A DNA stretch of 64,000 nt from Auanema rhodensis (GCA_964057225.1 OZ059895.1:1116001-1180000); one strand, 5' to 3'. Shown: positions 27,730 to 42,739, numbered from the stretch's first letter. Numbers and translations are program-made. Notes: generated by a model from the letters alone, not told the origin.

Positions 27730-30700
27730 ACACTAATGCATCATTTTTCAAACGATCATAACTAATTTTTGTATTAAGCGTTTCTCAATGTAGTATAGTG
27801 CAATCGATGCGGATTTTTAAGCTGCGACGATCTGTGTTATCAGACTTGCGCTAGCTTAAAAATGCACCGAGATATCAACTGATATAAGTTCACACTTATA
27901 TCCTCGATTTTCACCCTGAAGAATTAATTTTTTCGTTGAATAACATTGTCCATCGTCTTTGCCTTGAAAAAAGGAATCTAAAAACATCTACTTTTTGCTA
28001 AATTATCTTGAAATTTTTCGAAAAAATTTTTGTCAAAATGTTTTTGGAAGCAATGTTGAGTGTACATGGAAACTCAACATACACTAATGCATCATTTTTC
28101 AAACGATCATAACTAATTTTTGTATTAAGCGTTTCTCAATGTAGTATAGTGCAATCGATGCGGATTTTTAAGCTGCGACGATCTGTGTTATCAGACTTGC
28201 GCTAGCTTAAAAATGCACCGAGATATCAACTGATATAAGTTCACACTTATATCCTCGATTTTCACCCTGAAGAATTAATTTTTTCGTTGAATAACATTGT
28301 CCATCGTCTTTGCCTTGAAAAAAGGAATCTAAAAACATCTACTTTTTGCTAAATTATTTTGAAATTTTTCGAAAAAATTTTTGTCAAAATGTTTTTGGAA
28401 GCAATGTTGAGTGTACATGGAAACTCAACATACACTAATGCATCATTTTTCAAACGATCATAACTAATTTTTGTATTAAGCGTTTCTCGATCTAGTATAG
28501 TGCATTCGATGCGGATTTTTAAGCTGCGTCGATCTGTGTTATCAGATTTGCGCTAGCTTAAAAATGCACCGAGATATCAACTGATATAAGTTCACACTTA
28601 TATCCTCGATTTTCACGCTGAAGAATTAATTTTTTCGTTGAATAACATTGTCCATCGTCTTTGCCTTGAAAAAAGGAATCTAAAAACATCTACTTTTTGC
28701 TAAATTATTTCGAAATTTTTCGAAAAAATTTTTGTCAAAATGTTTTTGGAAGCAATGTTGAGTGTACATGGAAACTCAACATACACTAATGCATCATTTT
28801 TCAAACGATCATAACTAATTTTTGTATTAAACGTTTCTCAATGTAGTATAGTGCATTCGATGCGGATTTTTAAGCTGCGTCGATCTGTGTTATCAGATTT
28901 GCGCTAGCTTAAAAATGCACCGAGATATCAACTGATATAAGTTCACACTTATATCCTCGATTTTCACGCTGAAGAATTAATTTTTTCGTTGAATAACATT
29001 GTCCATCGTCTTTGCCTTGAAAAAAGGAATCTAAAAACATCTACTTTTTGCTAAATTATTTTGAAATTTTTCGAAAAAATTTTTGTCAAAATGTTTTTGG
29101 AAGCAATGTTGAGTGTACATGGAAACTCAACATACACTAATGCATCATTTTTCAAACGATCATAACTAATTTTTGTATTAAGCGTTTCTCGATGTAGTAT
29201 AGTGCATTCGATGCGGATTTTTAAGCTGCGTCGATCTGTGTTATCAGATTTGCGCTAGCTTAAAAATGCACCGAGATATCAACTGATATAAGTTCACACT
29301 TATATCCTCGATTTTCACGCTGAAGAATTAATTTTTTCGTTGAATAACATTGTCCATCGTCTTTGCCTTGAAAAAAGGAATCTAAAAACATCTAATTTTT
29401 GCTAAATTATTTCGAAATTTTTCGAAAAAATTTTTGTCAAAATGTTTTTGGAAGCAATGTTGAGTGTACATGGAAACTCAACATACACTAATGCATCATT
29501 TTTCAAACGATCATAACTAATTTTTGTATTAAGCGTTTCTCAATGTAGTATAGTGCATTCGATGCGGATTTTTAAGCTGCGTCGATCTGTGTTATCAGAT
29601 TTGCGCTAGCTTAAAAATGCACCGAGATATCAACTGATATAAGTTCACACTTATATCCTCGATTTTCACCCTGAAGAATTAATTTTTTCGTTGGATAACA
29701 TTGTCCATCGTCTTTGCCTTAAAAAAAGGAATCTAAAAACATCTACTTTTTGCTAAATTATTTTGAAATTTTTCGAAAAAATTTTTGTCAAAATGTTTTT
29801 GGAAGCAATGTTGAGTGTACATGGAAACTCAACATACACTAATGCATCATTTTTCAAACAATCATAACTAATTTTTGTATTAAGCGTTTCTCAATGTAGT
29901 ATAGTGCAATCGATGCGGATTTTTAAGCTGCGTCGATCTGTGTTATCAGACTTGCGCTAGCTTAAAAATGCACCGAGATATCAACTGATATAAGTTCACA
30001 CTTATATCCTCGATTTTCACCCTGAAGAATTAATTTTTTCGTTGAATAACATTGTCCATCGTCTTTGCCTTGAAAAAAGGAATCTAAAAACATCTACTTT
30101 TTGCTAAATTATTTTGAAATTTTTCGAAAAAATTTTTGTCAAAATGTTTTTGGAAGCAATGTTGAGTGTACATGGAAACTCAACATACACTAATGCATCA
30201 TTTTTCAAACGATCATAACTAATTTTTGTATTAAGCGTTTCTCAATGTAGTATAGTGCATTCGATGCGGATTTTTAAGCTGCGTCGATCTGTGTTATCAG
30301 ATTTGCGCTAGCTTAAAAATGCACCGAGATATCAACTGATATAAGTTCACACTTATATCCTCGATTTTCACGCTGAAGAATTAATTTTTTCGTTGAATAA
30401 CATTGTCCATCGTCTTTGCCTTGAAAAAAGGAATCTAAAAACATCTACTTTTTGCTAAATAATTTCGAAATTTTTCGAAAAAATTTTTGTCAAAATGTTT
30501 TTGGAAGCAATGTTGAGTGTACATGGAAACTCAACATACACTAATGCATCATTTTTCAAACGATCATAACTAATTTTTGTATTAAGCGTTTCTCAATGTA
30601 GTATAGTGCATTCGATGCGGATTTTTAAGCTGCGTCGATCTGTGTTATCAGATTTGCGCTAGCTTAAAAATGCACCGAGATATCAACTGATATAAGTTCA

Positions 30701-33700
30701 CACTTATATCCTCGATTTTCACCCTGAAGAATTAATTTGTTCGTTGAATAACATTGTCCATCGTCTTTGCCTTGAAAAAAGGAATCTAAAAACATCTACT
30801 TTTTGCTAAATTATTTCGAAATTTTTCGAAAAAATTTTTGTCAAAATGTTTTTGGAAGCAATGTTGAGTGTACATGGGAACTCAACATACACTAATGCAT
30901 CATTTTTCAAACGATCATAACTAATTTTTGTATTAAGCGTTTCTCAATGCAGTATAGTGCATTCGATGCGGATTTTTAAGCTGCGTCAATCTGTGTTATC
31001 AGATTTGCGCTAGCTTAAAAATGCACCGAGATATCAACTGATATAAGTTCACACTTATATCCTCGATTTTCACCCTGAAGAATTAATTTTTTCGTTGGAT
31101 AACATTGTCCATCGTCTTTGCCTTAAAAAAAGGAATCTAAAAACATCTACTTTTTGCTAAATTATTTTGAAATTTTTCGAAAAAATTTTTGTCAAAATGT
31201 TTTTGGAAGCAATGTTGAGTGTACATGGAAACTCAACATACACTAATGCATCATTTTTCAAACGATCATAACTAATTTTTGTATTAAGCGTTTCTCAATG
31301 TAGTATAGTGCATTCGATGCGGATTTTTAAGCTGCGTCGATCTGTGTTATCAGATTTGCGCTAGCTTAAAAATGCACCGAGATATCAACTGATATAAGTT
31401 CACACTTATATCCTCGATTTTCACCCTGAAGATTTAATTTTTTCGTTGAATAACATTGTCCATCGTCTTTGCCTTGAAAAATGGAATCTAGAAACATCTA
31501 CTTTTTGCTAAATTATTTCGAAATTTTTCGAAAAAATTTTTGTCAAAATGTTTTTGGAAGCAATGTTGAGTGTACATGGAAACTCAACATACACTAATGC
31601 ATCATTTTTCAAACGATCATAACTAATTTTTGTATTAAGCGTTTCTCAATGCAGTATAGTGCATTCGATGCGGATTTTTAAGCTGCGTCGATCTGTGTTA
31701 TCAGATTTGCGCTAGCTTAAAAATGCACCGAGATATCAACTGATATAAGTTCACACTTATATCCTCGATTTTCACGCTGAAGAATTAATTTTTTCGTTGA
31801 ATAACATTGTCCATCGTCTTTGCCTTGAAAAAAGGAATCTAAAAACATCTACTTTTTGCTAAATTATCTTGAAATTTTTCGAAAAAATCTTTGTCAAAAT
31901 GTTTTTGGAAGCAATGTTGAGTGTACATGGAAACTCAACATACACTAATGCATCATTTTTCAAACGATCATAACTAATTTTTGTATTAAGCGTTTCTCAA
32001 TGTAGTATAGTGCAATCGATGCGGATTTTTAAGCTGCGACGATCTGTGTTATCAGACTTGCGCTAGCTTAAAAATGCACCGAGATATCAACTGATATAAG
32101 TTCACACTTATATCCTCGATTTTCACCCTGAAGAATTAATTTTTTCGTTGAATAACATTGTCCATCGTCTTTGCCTTGAAAAAAGGAATCTAAAAACATC
32201 TACTTTTTGCTAAATTATTTTGAAATTTTTCGAAAAAATTTTTGTCAAAATGTTTTTGGAAGCAATGTTGAGTGTACATGGAAACTCAACATACACTAAT
32301 GCATCATTTTTCAAACGATCATAACTAATTTTTGTATTAAGCGTTTCTCGCTCTAGTATAGTGCAATCGATGCGGATTTTTAAGCTGCGACGATCTGTGT
32401 TATCAGACTTGCGCTAGCTTAAAAATGCACCGAGATATCAACTGATATAAGTTCACACTTATATCCTCGATTTTCACCCTGAAGAATTAATTTTTTCGTT
32501 GAATAACATTGTCCATCGTCTTTGCCTTGAAAAAAGGAATCTAAAAACATCTACTTTTTGCTAAATTATTTTGAAATTTTTCGAAAAAATTTTTGTCAAA
32601 ATGTTTTTGGAAGCAATGTTGAGTGTACATGGAAACTCAACATACACTAATGCATCATTTTTCAAACGATCATAACTAATTTTTGTATTAAGCGTTTCTC
32701 GCTCTAGTATAGTGCATTCGATGCGGATTTTTAAGCTGCGTCGATCTGTGTTATCAGATTTGCGCTAGCTTAAAAATGCACCGAGATATCAACTGATATA
32801 AGTTCACACTTATATCCTCGATTTTCACGCTGAAGAATTAATTTTTTCGTTGAATAACATTGTCCATCGTCTTTGCCTTGAAAAAAGGAATCTAAAAACA
32901 TCTACTTTTTGCTAAATTATTTCGAAATTTTTCGAAAAAATTTTTGTCAAAATGTTTTTGGAAGCAATGTTGAGTGTACATGGAAACTCAACATACACTA
33001 ATGCATCATTTTTCAAACGATCATAACTAATTTTTGTATTAAGCGTTTCTCAATGTAGTATAGTGCATTCGATGCGGATTTTTAAGCTGCGTCGATCTGT
33101 GTTATCAGATTTGCGCTAGCTTAAAAATGCACCGAGATATCAACTGATATAAGTTCACACTTATATCCTCGATTTTCACGCTGAAGAATTAATTTTTTCG
33201 TTGAATAACATTGTCCATCGTCTTTGCCTTGAAAAAAGGAATCTAAAAACATCTACTTTTTGCTAAATTATTTTGAAATTTTTCGAAAAAATTTTTGTCA
33301 AAATGTTTTTGGAAGCAATGTTGAGTGTACATGGAAACTCAACATACACTAATGCATCATTTTTCAAACGATCATAACTAATTTTTGTATTAAGCGTTTC
33401 TCGATGTAGTATAGTGCATTCGATGCGGATTTTTAAGCTGCGTCGATCTGTGTTATCAGATTTGCGCTAGCTTAAAAATGCACCGAGATATCAACTGATA
33501 TAAGTTCACACTTATATCCTCGATTTTCACGCTGAAGAATTAATTTTTTCGTTGAATAACATTGTCCATCGTCTTTGCCTTGAAAAAAGGAATCTAAAAA
33601 CATCTACTTTTTGCTAAATTATTTCGAAATTTTTCGAAAAAATTTTTGTCAAAATGTTTTTGGAAGCAATGTTGAGTGTACATGGAAACTCAACATACAC

Positions 33701-36700
33701 TAATGCATCATTTTTCAAACGATCATAACTAATTTTTGTATTAAGCGTTTCTCAATGTAGTATAGTGCATTCGATGCGGATTTTTAAGCTGCGTCGATCT
33801 GTGTTATCAGATTTGCGCTAGCTTAAAAATGCACCGAGATATCAACTGATATAAGTTCACACTTATATCCTCGATTTTCACGCTGAAGAATTAATTTTTT
33901 CGTTGAATAACATTGTCCATCGTCTTTGCCTTGAAAAAAGGAATCTAAAAACATCTACTTTTTGCTAAATTATTTTGAAATTTTTCGAAAAAATTTTTGT
34001 CAAAATGTTTTTGGAAGCAATGTTGAGTGTACATGGAAACTCAACATACACTAATGCATCATTTTTCAAACGATCATAACTAATTTTTGTATTAAGCGTT
34101 TCTCGATGTAGTATAGTGCATTCGATGCGGATTTTTAAGCTGCGTCGATCTGTGTTATCAGATTTGCGCTAGCTTAAAAATGCACCGAGATATCAACTGA
34201 TATAAGTTCACACTTATATCCTCGATTTTCACGCTGAAGAATTAATTTTTTCGTTGAATAACATTGTCCATCGTCTTTGCCTTGAAAAAAGGAATCTAAA
34301 AACATCTACTTTTTGCTAAATTATTTCGAAATTTTTCGAAAAAATTTTTGTCAAAATGTTTTTGGAAGCAATGTTGAGTGTACATGGAAACTCAACATAC
34401 ACTAATGCATCATTTTTCAAACGATCATAACTAATTTTTGTATTAAGCGTTTCTCAATGTAGTATAGTGCATTCGATGCAGATTTTTAAGCTACGTCGAT
34501 CTGTGTTATCAGATTTGCGCTAGCTTAAAAATGCACCGAGATATCAACTGATATAAGTTCACACTTATATCCTCGATTTTCACCCTGAAGAATTAATTTT
34601 TTCGTTGAATAACATTGTCCATCGTCTTTGCCTTGAAAAAAGGAATCTAAAAACATCTACTTTTTGCTAAATTATTTCGAAATTTTTCGAAAAAATTTTT
34701 GTCAAAATGTTTTTGGAAGCAATGTTGAGTGTACATGGAAACTCAACATACACTAATGCATCATTTTTCAAACGATCATAACTAATTTTTGTATTAAGCG
34801 TTTCTCAATGCAGTATAGTGCATTCGATGCGGATTTTTAAGCTGCGTCGATCTGTGTTATCAGATTTGCGCTAGCTTAAAAATGCACCGAGATATCAACT
34901 GATATAAGTTCACACTTATATCCTCGATTTTCACCCTGAAGAATTAATTTTTTCGTTGAATAACATTGTCCATCGTCTTTGCCTTGAAAAAAGGAATCTA
35001 AAAACATCTACTTTTTGCTAAATTATTTTGAAATTTTTCGAAAAAATTTTTGTCAAAATGTTTTTGGAAGCAATGTTGAGTGTACATGGAAACTCAACAT
35101 ACACTAATGCATCATTTTTCAAACGATCATAACTAATTTTTGTAATAAGCGTTTCTCGATGTAGTATAGTGCATTCGATGCGGATTTTTAAGCTGCGTCG
35201 ATCTGTGTTATCAGATTTGCGCTAGCTTAAAAATGCACCGAGATATCAACTGATATAAGTTCACACTTATATCCTCGATTTTCACGCTGAAGAATTAATT
35301 TTTTCGTTGAATAACATTGTCCATCGTCTTTGCCTTGAAAAAAGGAATCTAAAAACATCTAATTTTTGCTAAATTATTTCGAAATTTTTCGAAAAAATTT
35401 TTGTCAAAATGTTTTTGGAAGCAATGTTGAGTGTACATGGAAACTCAACATACACTAATGCATCATTTTTCAAACGATCATAACTAATTTTTGTATTAAG
35501 CGTTTCTCAATGAAGTATAGTGCATTCGATGCGGATTTTTAAGCTGCGTCGATCTGTGTTATCAGATTTGCGCTAGCTTAAAAATGCACCGAGATATCAA
35601 CTGATATAAGTTCACACTTATATCCTCGATTTTCACCCTGAAGAATTAATTTTTTCGTTGGATAACATTGTCCATCGTCTTTGCCTTAAAAAAAGGAATC
35701 TAAAAACATCTACTTTTTGCTAAATTATTTTGAAATTTTTCGAAAAAATTTTTGTCAAAATGTTTTTGGAAGCAATGTTGAGTGTACATGGAAACTCAAC
35801 ATACACTAATGCATCATTTTTCAAACGATCATAACTAATTTTTGTATTAAGCGTTTCTCAATGTAGTATAGTGCAATCGATGCGGATTTTTAAGCTGCGT
35901 CGATCTGTGTTATCAGACTTGCGCTAGCTTAAAAATGCACCGAGATATCAACTGATATAAGTTCACACTTATATCCTCGATTTTCACCCTGAAGAATTAA
36001 TTTTTTCGTTGAATAACATTGTCCATCGTCTTTGCCTTGAAAAAAGGAATCTAAAAACATCTACTTTTTGCTAAATTATTTCGAAATTTTTCGAAAAAAT
36101 TTTTGTCAAAATGTTTTTGGAAGCAATGTTGAGTGTACATGGAAACTCAACATACACTAATGCATCATTTTTCAAACGATCATAACTAATTTTTGTAATA
36201 TGCGTTTCTCGATGTAGTATAGTGCATTCGATGCGGATTTTTAAGCTGCGTCGATCTGTGTTATCAGATTTGCGCTAGCTTAAAAATGCACCGAGATATC
36301 AACTGATATAAGTTCACACTTATATCCTCGATTTTCACGCTGAAGAATTAATTTTTTCGTTGAATAACATTGTCCATCGTCTTTGCCTTGAAAAAAGGAA
36401 TCTAAAAACATCTAATTTTTGCTAAATTATTTCGAAATTTTTCGAAAAAATTTTTGTCAAAATGTTTTTGGAAGCAATGTTGAGTGTACATGGAAACTCA
36501 ACATACACTAATGCATCATTTTTCAAACGATCATAACTAATTTTTGTATTAAGCGTTTCTCAATGTAGTATAGTGCATTCGATGCGGATTTTTAAGCTGC
36601 GTCGATCTGTGTTATCAGATTTGCGCTAGCTTAAAAATGCACCGAGATATCAACTGATATAAGTTCACACTTATATCCTCGATTTTCACCCTGAAGAATT

Positions 36701-39312
36701 AATTTTTTCGTTGAATAACATTGTCCATCGTCTTTGCCTTGAAAAAAGGAATCTAAAAACATCTACTTTTTGCTAAATTATTTCGAAATTTTTCGAAAAA
36801 ATTTTTGTCAAAATGTTTTTGGAAGCAATGTTGAGTGTACATGGAAACTCAACATACACTAATGCATCATTTTTCAAACGATCATAACTAATTTTTGTAT
36901 TAAGCGTTTCTCAATGAAGTATAGTGCATTCGATGCGGATTTTTAAGCTGCGTCGATCTGTGTTATCAGATTTGCGCTAGCTTAAAAATGCACCGAGATA
37001 TCAACTGATATAAGTTCACACTTATATCCTCGATTTTCACCCTGAAGAATTAATTTTTTCGTTGGATAACATTGTCCATCGTCTTTGCCTTAAAAAAAGG
37101 AATCTAAAAACATCTACTTTTTGCTAAATTATTTTGAAATTTTTCGAAAAAATTTTTGTCAAAATGTTTTTGGAAGCAATGTTGAGTGTACATGGAAACT
37201 CAACATACACTAATGCATCATTTTTCAAACGATCATAACTAATTTTTGTATTAAGCGTTTCTCGATGTAGTATAGTGCATTCGATGCGGATTTTTAAGCT
37301 GCGTCGATCTGTGTTATCAGATTTGCGCTAGCTTAAAAATGCACCGAGATATCAACTGATATAAGTTCACACTTATATCCTCGATTTTCACCCTGAAGAA
37401 TTAATTTTTTCGTTGGATAACATTGTCCATCGTCTTTGCCTTAAAAAAAGGAATCTAAAAACATCTACTTTTTGCTAAATTATTTTGAAATTTTTCGAAA
37501 AAATTTTTGTCAAAATGTTTTTGGAAGCAATGTTGAGTGTACATGGAAACTCAACATACACTAATGCATCATTTTTCAAACGATCATAACTAATTTTTGT
37601 ATTAAGCGTTTCTCAATGAAGTATAGTGCATTCGATGCGGATTTTTAAGCTGCGTCGATCTGTGTTATCAGATTTGCGCTAGCTTAAAAATGCACCGAGA
37701 TATCAACTGATATAAGTTCACACTTATATCCTCGATTTTCACCCTGAAGAATTAATTTTTTCGTTGGATAACATTGTCCATCGTCTTTGCCTTAAAAAAA
37801 GGAATCTAAAAACATCTACTTTTTGCTAAATTATTTTGAAATTTTTCGAAAAAATTTTTGTCAAAATGTTTTTGGAAGCAATGTTGAGTGTACATGGAAA
37901 CTCAACATACACTAATGCATCATTTTTCAAACGATCATAACTAATTTTTGTATTAAGCGTTTCTCGATGTAGTATAGTGCATTCGATGCGGATTTTTAAG
38001 CTGCGTCGATCTGTGTTATCAGATTTGCGCTAGCTTAAAAATGCACCGAGATATCAACTGATATAAGTTCACACTTATATCCTCGATTTTCACGCTGAAG
38101 AATTAATTTTTTCGTTGAATAACATTGTCCATCGTCTTTGCCTTGAAAAAAGGAATCTAAAAACATCTACTTTTTGCTAAATTATCTTGAAATTTTTCGA
38201 AAAAATTTTTGTCAAAATGTTTTTGGAAGCAATGTTGAGTGTACATGGAAACTCAACATACACTAATGCATCATTTTTCAAACGATCATAACTAATTTTT
38301 GTATTAAGCGTTTCTCAATGTAGTATAGTGCAATCGATGCGGATTTTTAAGCTGCGTCGATCTGTGTTATCAGACTTGCGCTAGCTTAAAAATGCACCGA
38401 GATATCAACTGATATAAGTTCACACTTATATCCTCGATTTTCACCCTGAAGAATTAATTTTTTCGTTGAATAACATTGTCCATCGTCTTTGCCTTGAAAA
38501 AAGGAATCTAAAAACATCTACTTTTTGCTAAATTATTCTGAAATTTTTCGAAAAAATTTTTGTCAAAATGTTTTTGGAAGCAATGTTGAGTGTACATGGA
38601 AACTCAACATACACTAATGCATCATTTTTCAAACGATCATAACTAATTTTTGTAATAAGCGTTTCTCGATGTAGTATAGTGCATTCGATGCGGATTTTTA
38701 AGCTGCGTCGATCTGTGTTATCAGATTTGCGCTAGCTTAAAAATGCACCGAGATATCAACTGATATAAGTTCACACTTATATCCTCGATTTTCACGCTGA
38801 AGAATTAATTTTTTCGTTGAATAACATTGTCCATCGTCTTTGCCTTGAAAAAAGGAATCTAAAAACATCTACTTTTTGCTAAATTATTTCGAAATTTTTC
38901 GAAAAAATTTTTGTCAAAATGTTTTTGGAAGCAATGTTGAGTGTACATGGAAACTCAACATACACTAATGCATCATTTTTCAAACGATCATAACTAATTT
39001 TTGTATTAAGCGTTTCTCAATGTAGTATAGTGCAATCGATGCGGATTTTTAAGCTGCGTCGATCTGTGTTATCAGACTTGCGCTAGCTTAAAAATGCACC
39101 GAGATATCAACTGATATAAGTTCACACTTATAACCTCGATTTTCACCCTGAAGAATTAATTTTTTCGTTGAATAACATTGTCCATCGTCTTTGCCTTGAA
39201 AAAAGGAATCTAAAAACATCTACTTTTTGCTAAATTATTTTGAAATTTTTCGAAAAAATTTTTGTCAAAATGTTTTTGGAAGCAATGTTGAGTGTACATG
39301 GAAACTCAACAT

Positions 39313-42300
39313 ACACTAATGCATCATTTTTCAAACGATCATAACTAATTTATGTATTAAGCGTTTCTCAATGTAGTATAGTGCATTCGATGCGGATTTT
39401 TAAGCTGCGTCGATCTGTGTTATCAGATTTGCGCTAGCTTAAAAATGCACCGAGATATCAACTGATATAAGTTCACACTTATATCCTCGATTTTCACGCT
39501 GAAGAATTAATTTTTTCGTTGAATAACATCGTCCATCGTCTTTGCCTTGAAAAAAGAAATCTAAAAACATCTACTTTTTGCTAAATTATCTTGAAATTTT
39601 TCGAAAAAATTTTTGTCAAAATGTTTTTGGAAGCAATGTTGAGTGTACATGGAAACTCAACATACACTAATGCATCATTTTTCAAACGATCATAACTAAT
39701 TTTTGTATTAAGCGTTTCTCAATGTAGTATAGTGCAATCGATGCGGATTTTTAAGCTGCGACGATCTGTGTTATCAGACTTGCGCTAGCTTAAAAATGCA
39801 CCGAGATATCAACTGATATAAGTTCACACTTATATCCTCGATTTTCACCCTGAAGAATTAATTTTTTCGTTGAATAACATTGTCCATCGTCTTTGCCTTG
39901 AAAAAAGGAATCTAAAAACATCTACTTTTTGCTAAATTATCTTGAAATTTTTCGAAAAAATTTTTGTCAAAATGTTTTTGGAAGCAATGTTGAGTGTACA
40001 TGGAAACTCAACATACACTAATGCATCATTTTTCAAACGATCATAACTAATTTTTGTATTAAGCGTTTCTCAATGTAGTATAGTGCAATCGATGCGGATT
40101 TTTAAGCTGCGACGATCTGTGTTATCAGACTTGCGCTAGCTTAAAAATGCACCGAGATATCAACTGATATAAGTTCACACTTATATCCTCGATTTTCACC
40201 CTGAAGAATTAATTTTTTCGTTGAATAACATTGTCCATCGTCTTTGCCTTGAAAAAAGGAATCTAAAAACATCTACTTTTTGCTAAATTATTTTGAAATT
40301 TTTCGAAAAAATTTTTGTCAAAATGTTTTTGGAAGCAATGTTGAGTGTACATGGAAACTCAACATACACTAATGCATCATTTTTCAAACGATCATAACTA
40401 ATTTTTGTATTAAGCGTTTCTCGATGTAGTATAGTGCATTCGATGCGGATTTTTAAGCTGCGTCGATCTGTGTTATCAGATTTGCGCTAGCTTAAAAATG
40501 CACCGAGATATCAACTGATATAAGTTCACACTTATATCCTCGATTTTCACCCTGAAGAATTAATTTTTTCGTTGAATAACATTGTCCATCGTCTTTGCCT
40601 TGAAAAAAGGAATCTAAAAACATCTACTTTTTGCTAAATTATTTCGAAATTTTTCGAAAAAATTTTTGTCAAAATGTTTTTGGAAGCAATGTTGAGTGTA
40701 CATGGAAACTCAACATACACTAATGCATCATTTTTCAAACGATCATAACTAATTTTTGTATTAAGCGTTTCTCAATGAAGTATAGTGCATTCGATGCGGA
40801 TTTTTAAGCTGCGTCGATCTGTGTTATCAGATTTGCGCTAGCTTAAAAATGCACCGAGATATCAACTGATATAAGTTCACACTTATATCCTCGATTTTCA
40901 CGCTGAAGAATTAATTTTTTCGTTGAATAACATCGTCCATCGTCTTTGCCTTGAAAAAAGAAATCTAAAAACATCTACTTTTTGCTAAATTATCTTGAAA
41001 TTTTTCGAAAAAATTTTTGTCAAAATGTTTTTGGAAGCAATGTTGAGTGTACATGGAAACTCAACATACACTAATGCATCATTTTTCAAACGATCATAAC
41101 TAATTTTTGTATTAAGCGTTTCTCAATGTAGTATAGTGCAATCGATGCGGATTTTTAAGCTGCGACGATCTGTGTTATCAGACTTGCGCTAGCTTAAAAA
41201 TGCACCGAGATATCAACTGATATAAGTTCACACTTATATCCTCGATTTTCACCCTGAAGAATTAATTTTTTCGTTGAATAACATTGTCCATCGTCTTTGC
41301 CTTGAAAAAAGGAATCTAAAAACATCTACTTTTTGCTAAATTATCTTGAAATTTTTCGAAAAAATTTTTGTCAAAATGTTTTTGGAAGCAATGTTGAGTG
41401 TACATGGAAACTCAACATACACTAATGCATCATTTTTCAAACGATCATAACTAATTTTTGTATTAAGCGTTTCTCAATGTAGTATAGTGCAATCGATGCG
41501 GATTTTTAAGCTGCGACGATCTGTGTTATCAGACTTGCGCTAGCTTAAAAATGCACCGAGATATCAACTGATATAAGTTCACACTTATATCCTCGATTTT
41601 CACCCTGAAGAATTAATTTTTTCGTTGAATAACATTGTCCATCGTCTTTGCCTTGAAAAAAGGAATCTAAAAACATCTACTTTTTGCTAAATTATTTTGA
41701 AATTTTTCGAAAAAATTTTTGTCAAAATGTTTTTGGAAGCAATGTTGAGTGTACATGGAAACTCAACATACACTAATGCATCATTTTTCAAACGATCATA
41801 ACTAATTTTTGTATTAAGCGTTTCTCGATGTAGTATAGTGCATTCGATGCGGATTTTTAAGCTGCGTCGATCTGTGTTATCAGATTTGCGCTAGCTTAAA
41901 AATGCACCGAGATATCAACTGATATAAGTTCACACTTATATCCTCGATTTTCACCCTGAAGAATTAATTTTTTCGTTGAATAACATTGTCCATCGTCTTT
42001 GCCTTGAAAAAAGGAATCTAAAAACATCTACTTTTTGCTAAATTATTTCGAAATTTTTCGAAAAAATTTTTGTCAAAATGTTTTTGGAAGCAATGTTGAG
42101 TGTACATGGAAACTCAACATACACTAATGCATCATTTTTCAAACGATCATAACTAATTTTTGTATTAAGCGTTTCTCAATGTAGTATAATGCATTCGATG
42201 CGGATTTTTAAGCTGCGTCGATCTGTGTTATCAGATTTGCGCTAGCTTAAAAATGCACCGAGATATCAACTGATATAAGTTCACACTTATATCCTCGATT

Positions 42301-42718
42301 TTCACGCTGAAGAATTAATTTTTTCGTTGAATAACATCGTCCATCGTCTTTGCCTTGAAAAAAGGAATCTAAAAACATCTACTTTTTGCTAAATTATCTT
42401 GAAATTTTTCGAAAAAATTTTTGTCAAAATGTTTTTGGAAGCAATGTTGAGTGTACATGGAAACTCAACATACACTAATGCATTATTTTTCAAACGATCA
42501 TAACTAATTTTTGTATTAAGCGTTTCTCAATGTAGTATAGTGCAATCGATGCGGATTTTTAAGCTGCGACGATCTGTGTTATCAGACTTGCGCTAGCTTA
42601 AAAATGCACCGAGATATCAACTGATATAAGTTCACACTTATATCCTCGATTTTCACCCTGAAGAATTAATTTTTTCGTTGAATAACATTGTCCATCGTCT
42701 TTGCCTTGAAAAAAGGAA
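39313..42718. repeat. 4-monomer (1404 bp) higher-order repeat, ~2.5 copies, truncated by the junction
   Basis: The CATCGTCC (C218) monomer occurs at 39313, 40717 and 42121. The first two are each followed by two A74/A98/C116 monomers and one G58/C280 monomer. The third cycle is cut short in m122. Confidence 0.85.
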
Positions 42719-42739
42719 TCTTTGCCTTGAGAAATGAAA
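42698..42739 (+). other. 21-bp imperfect tandem duplication = out-of-register junction between two array haplotype domains
   Basis: TCTTTGCCTTGAAAAAAGGAA (42698-42718) is immediately followed by TCTTTGCCTTGAGAAATGAAA (42719-42739). Monomer m122 is 372 bp long. Confidence 0.97.
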
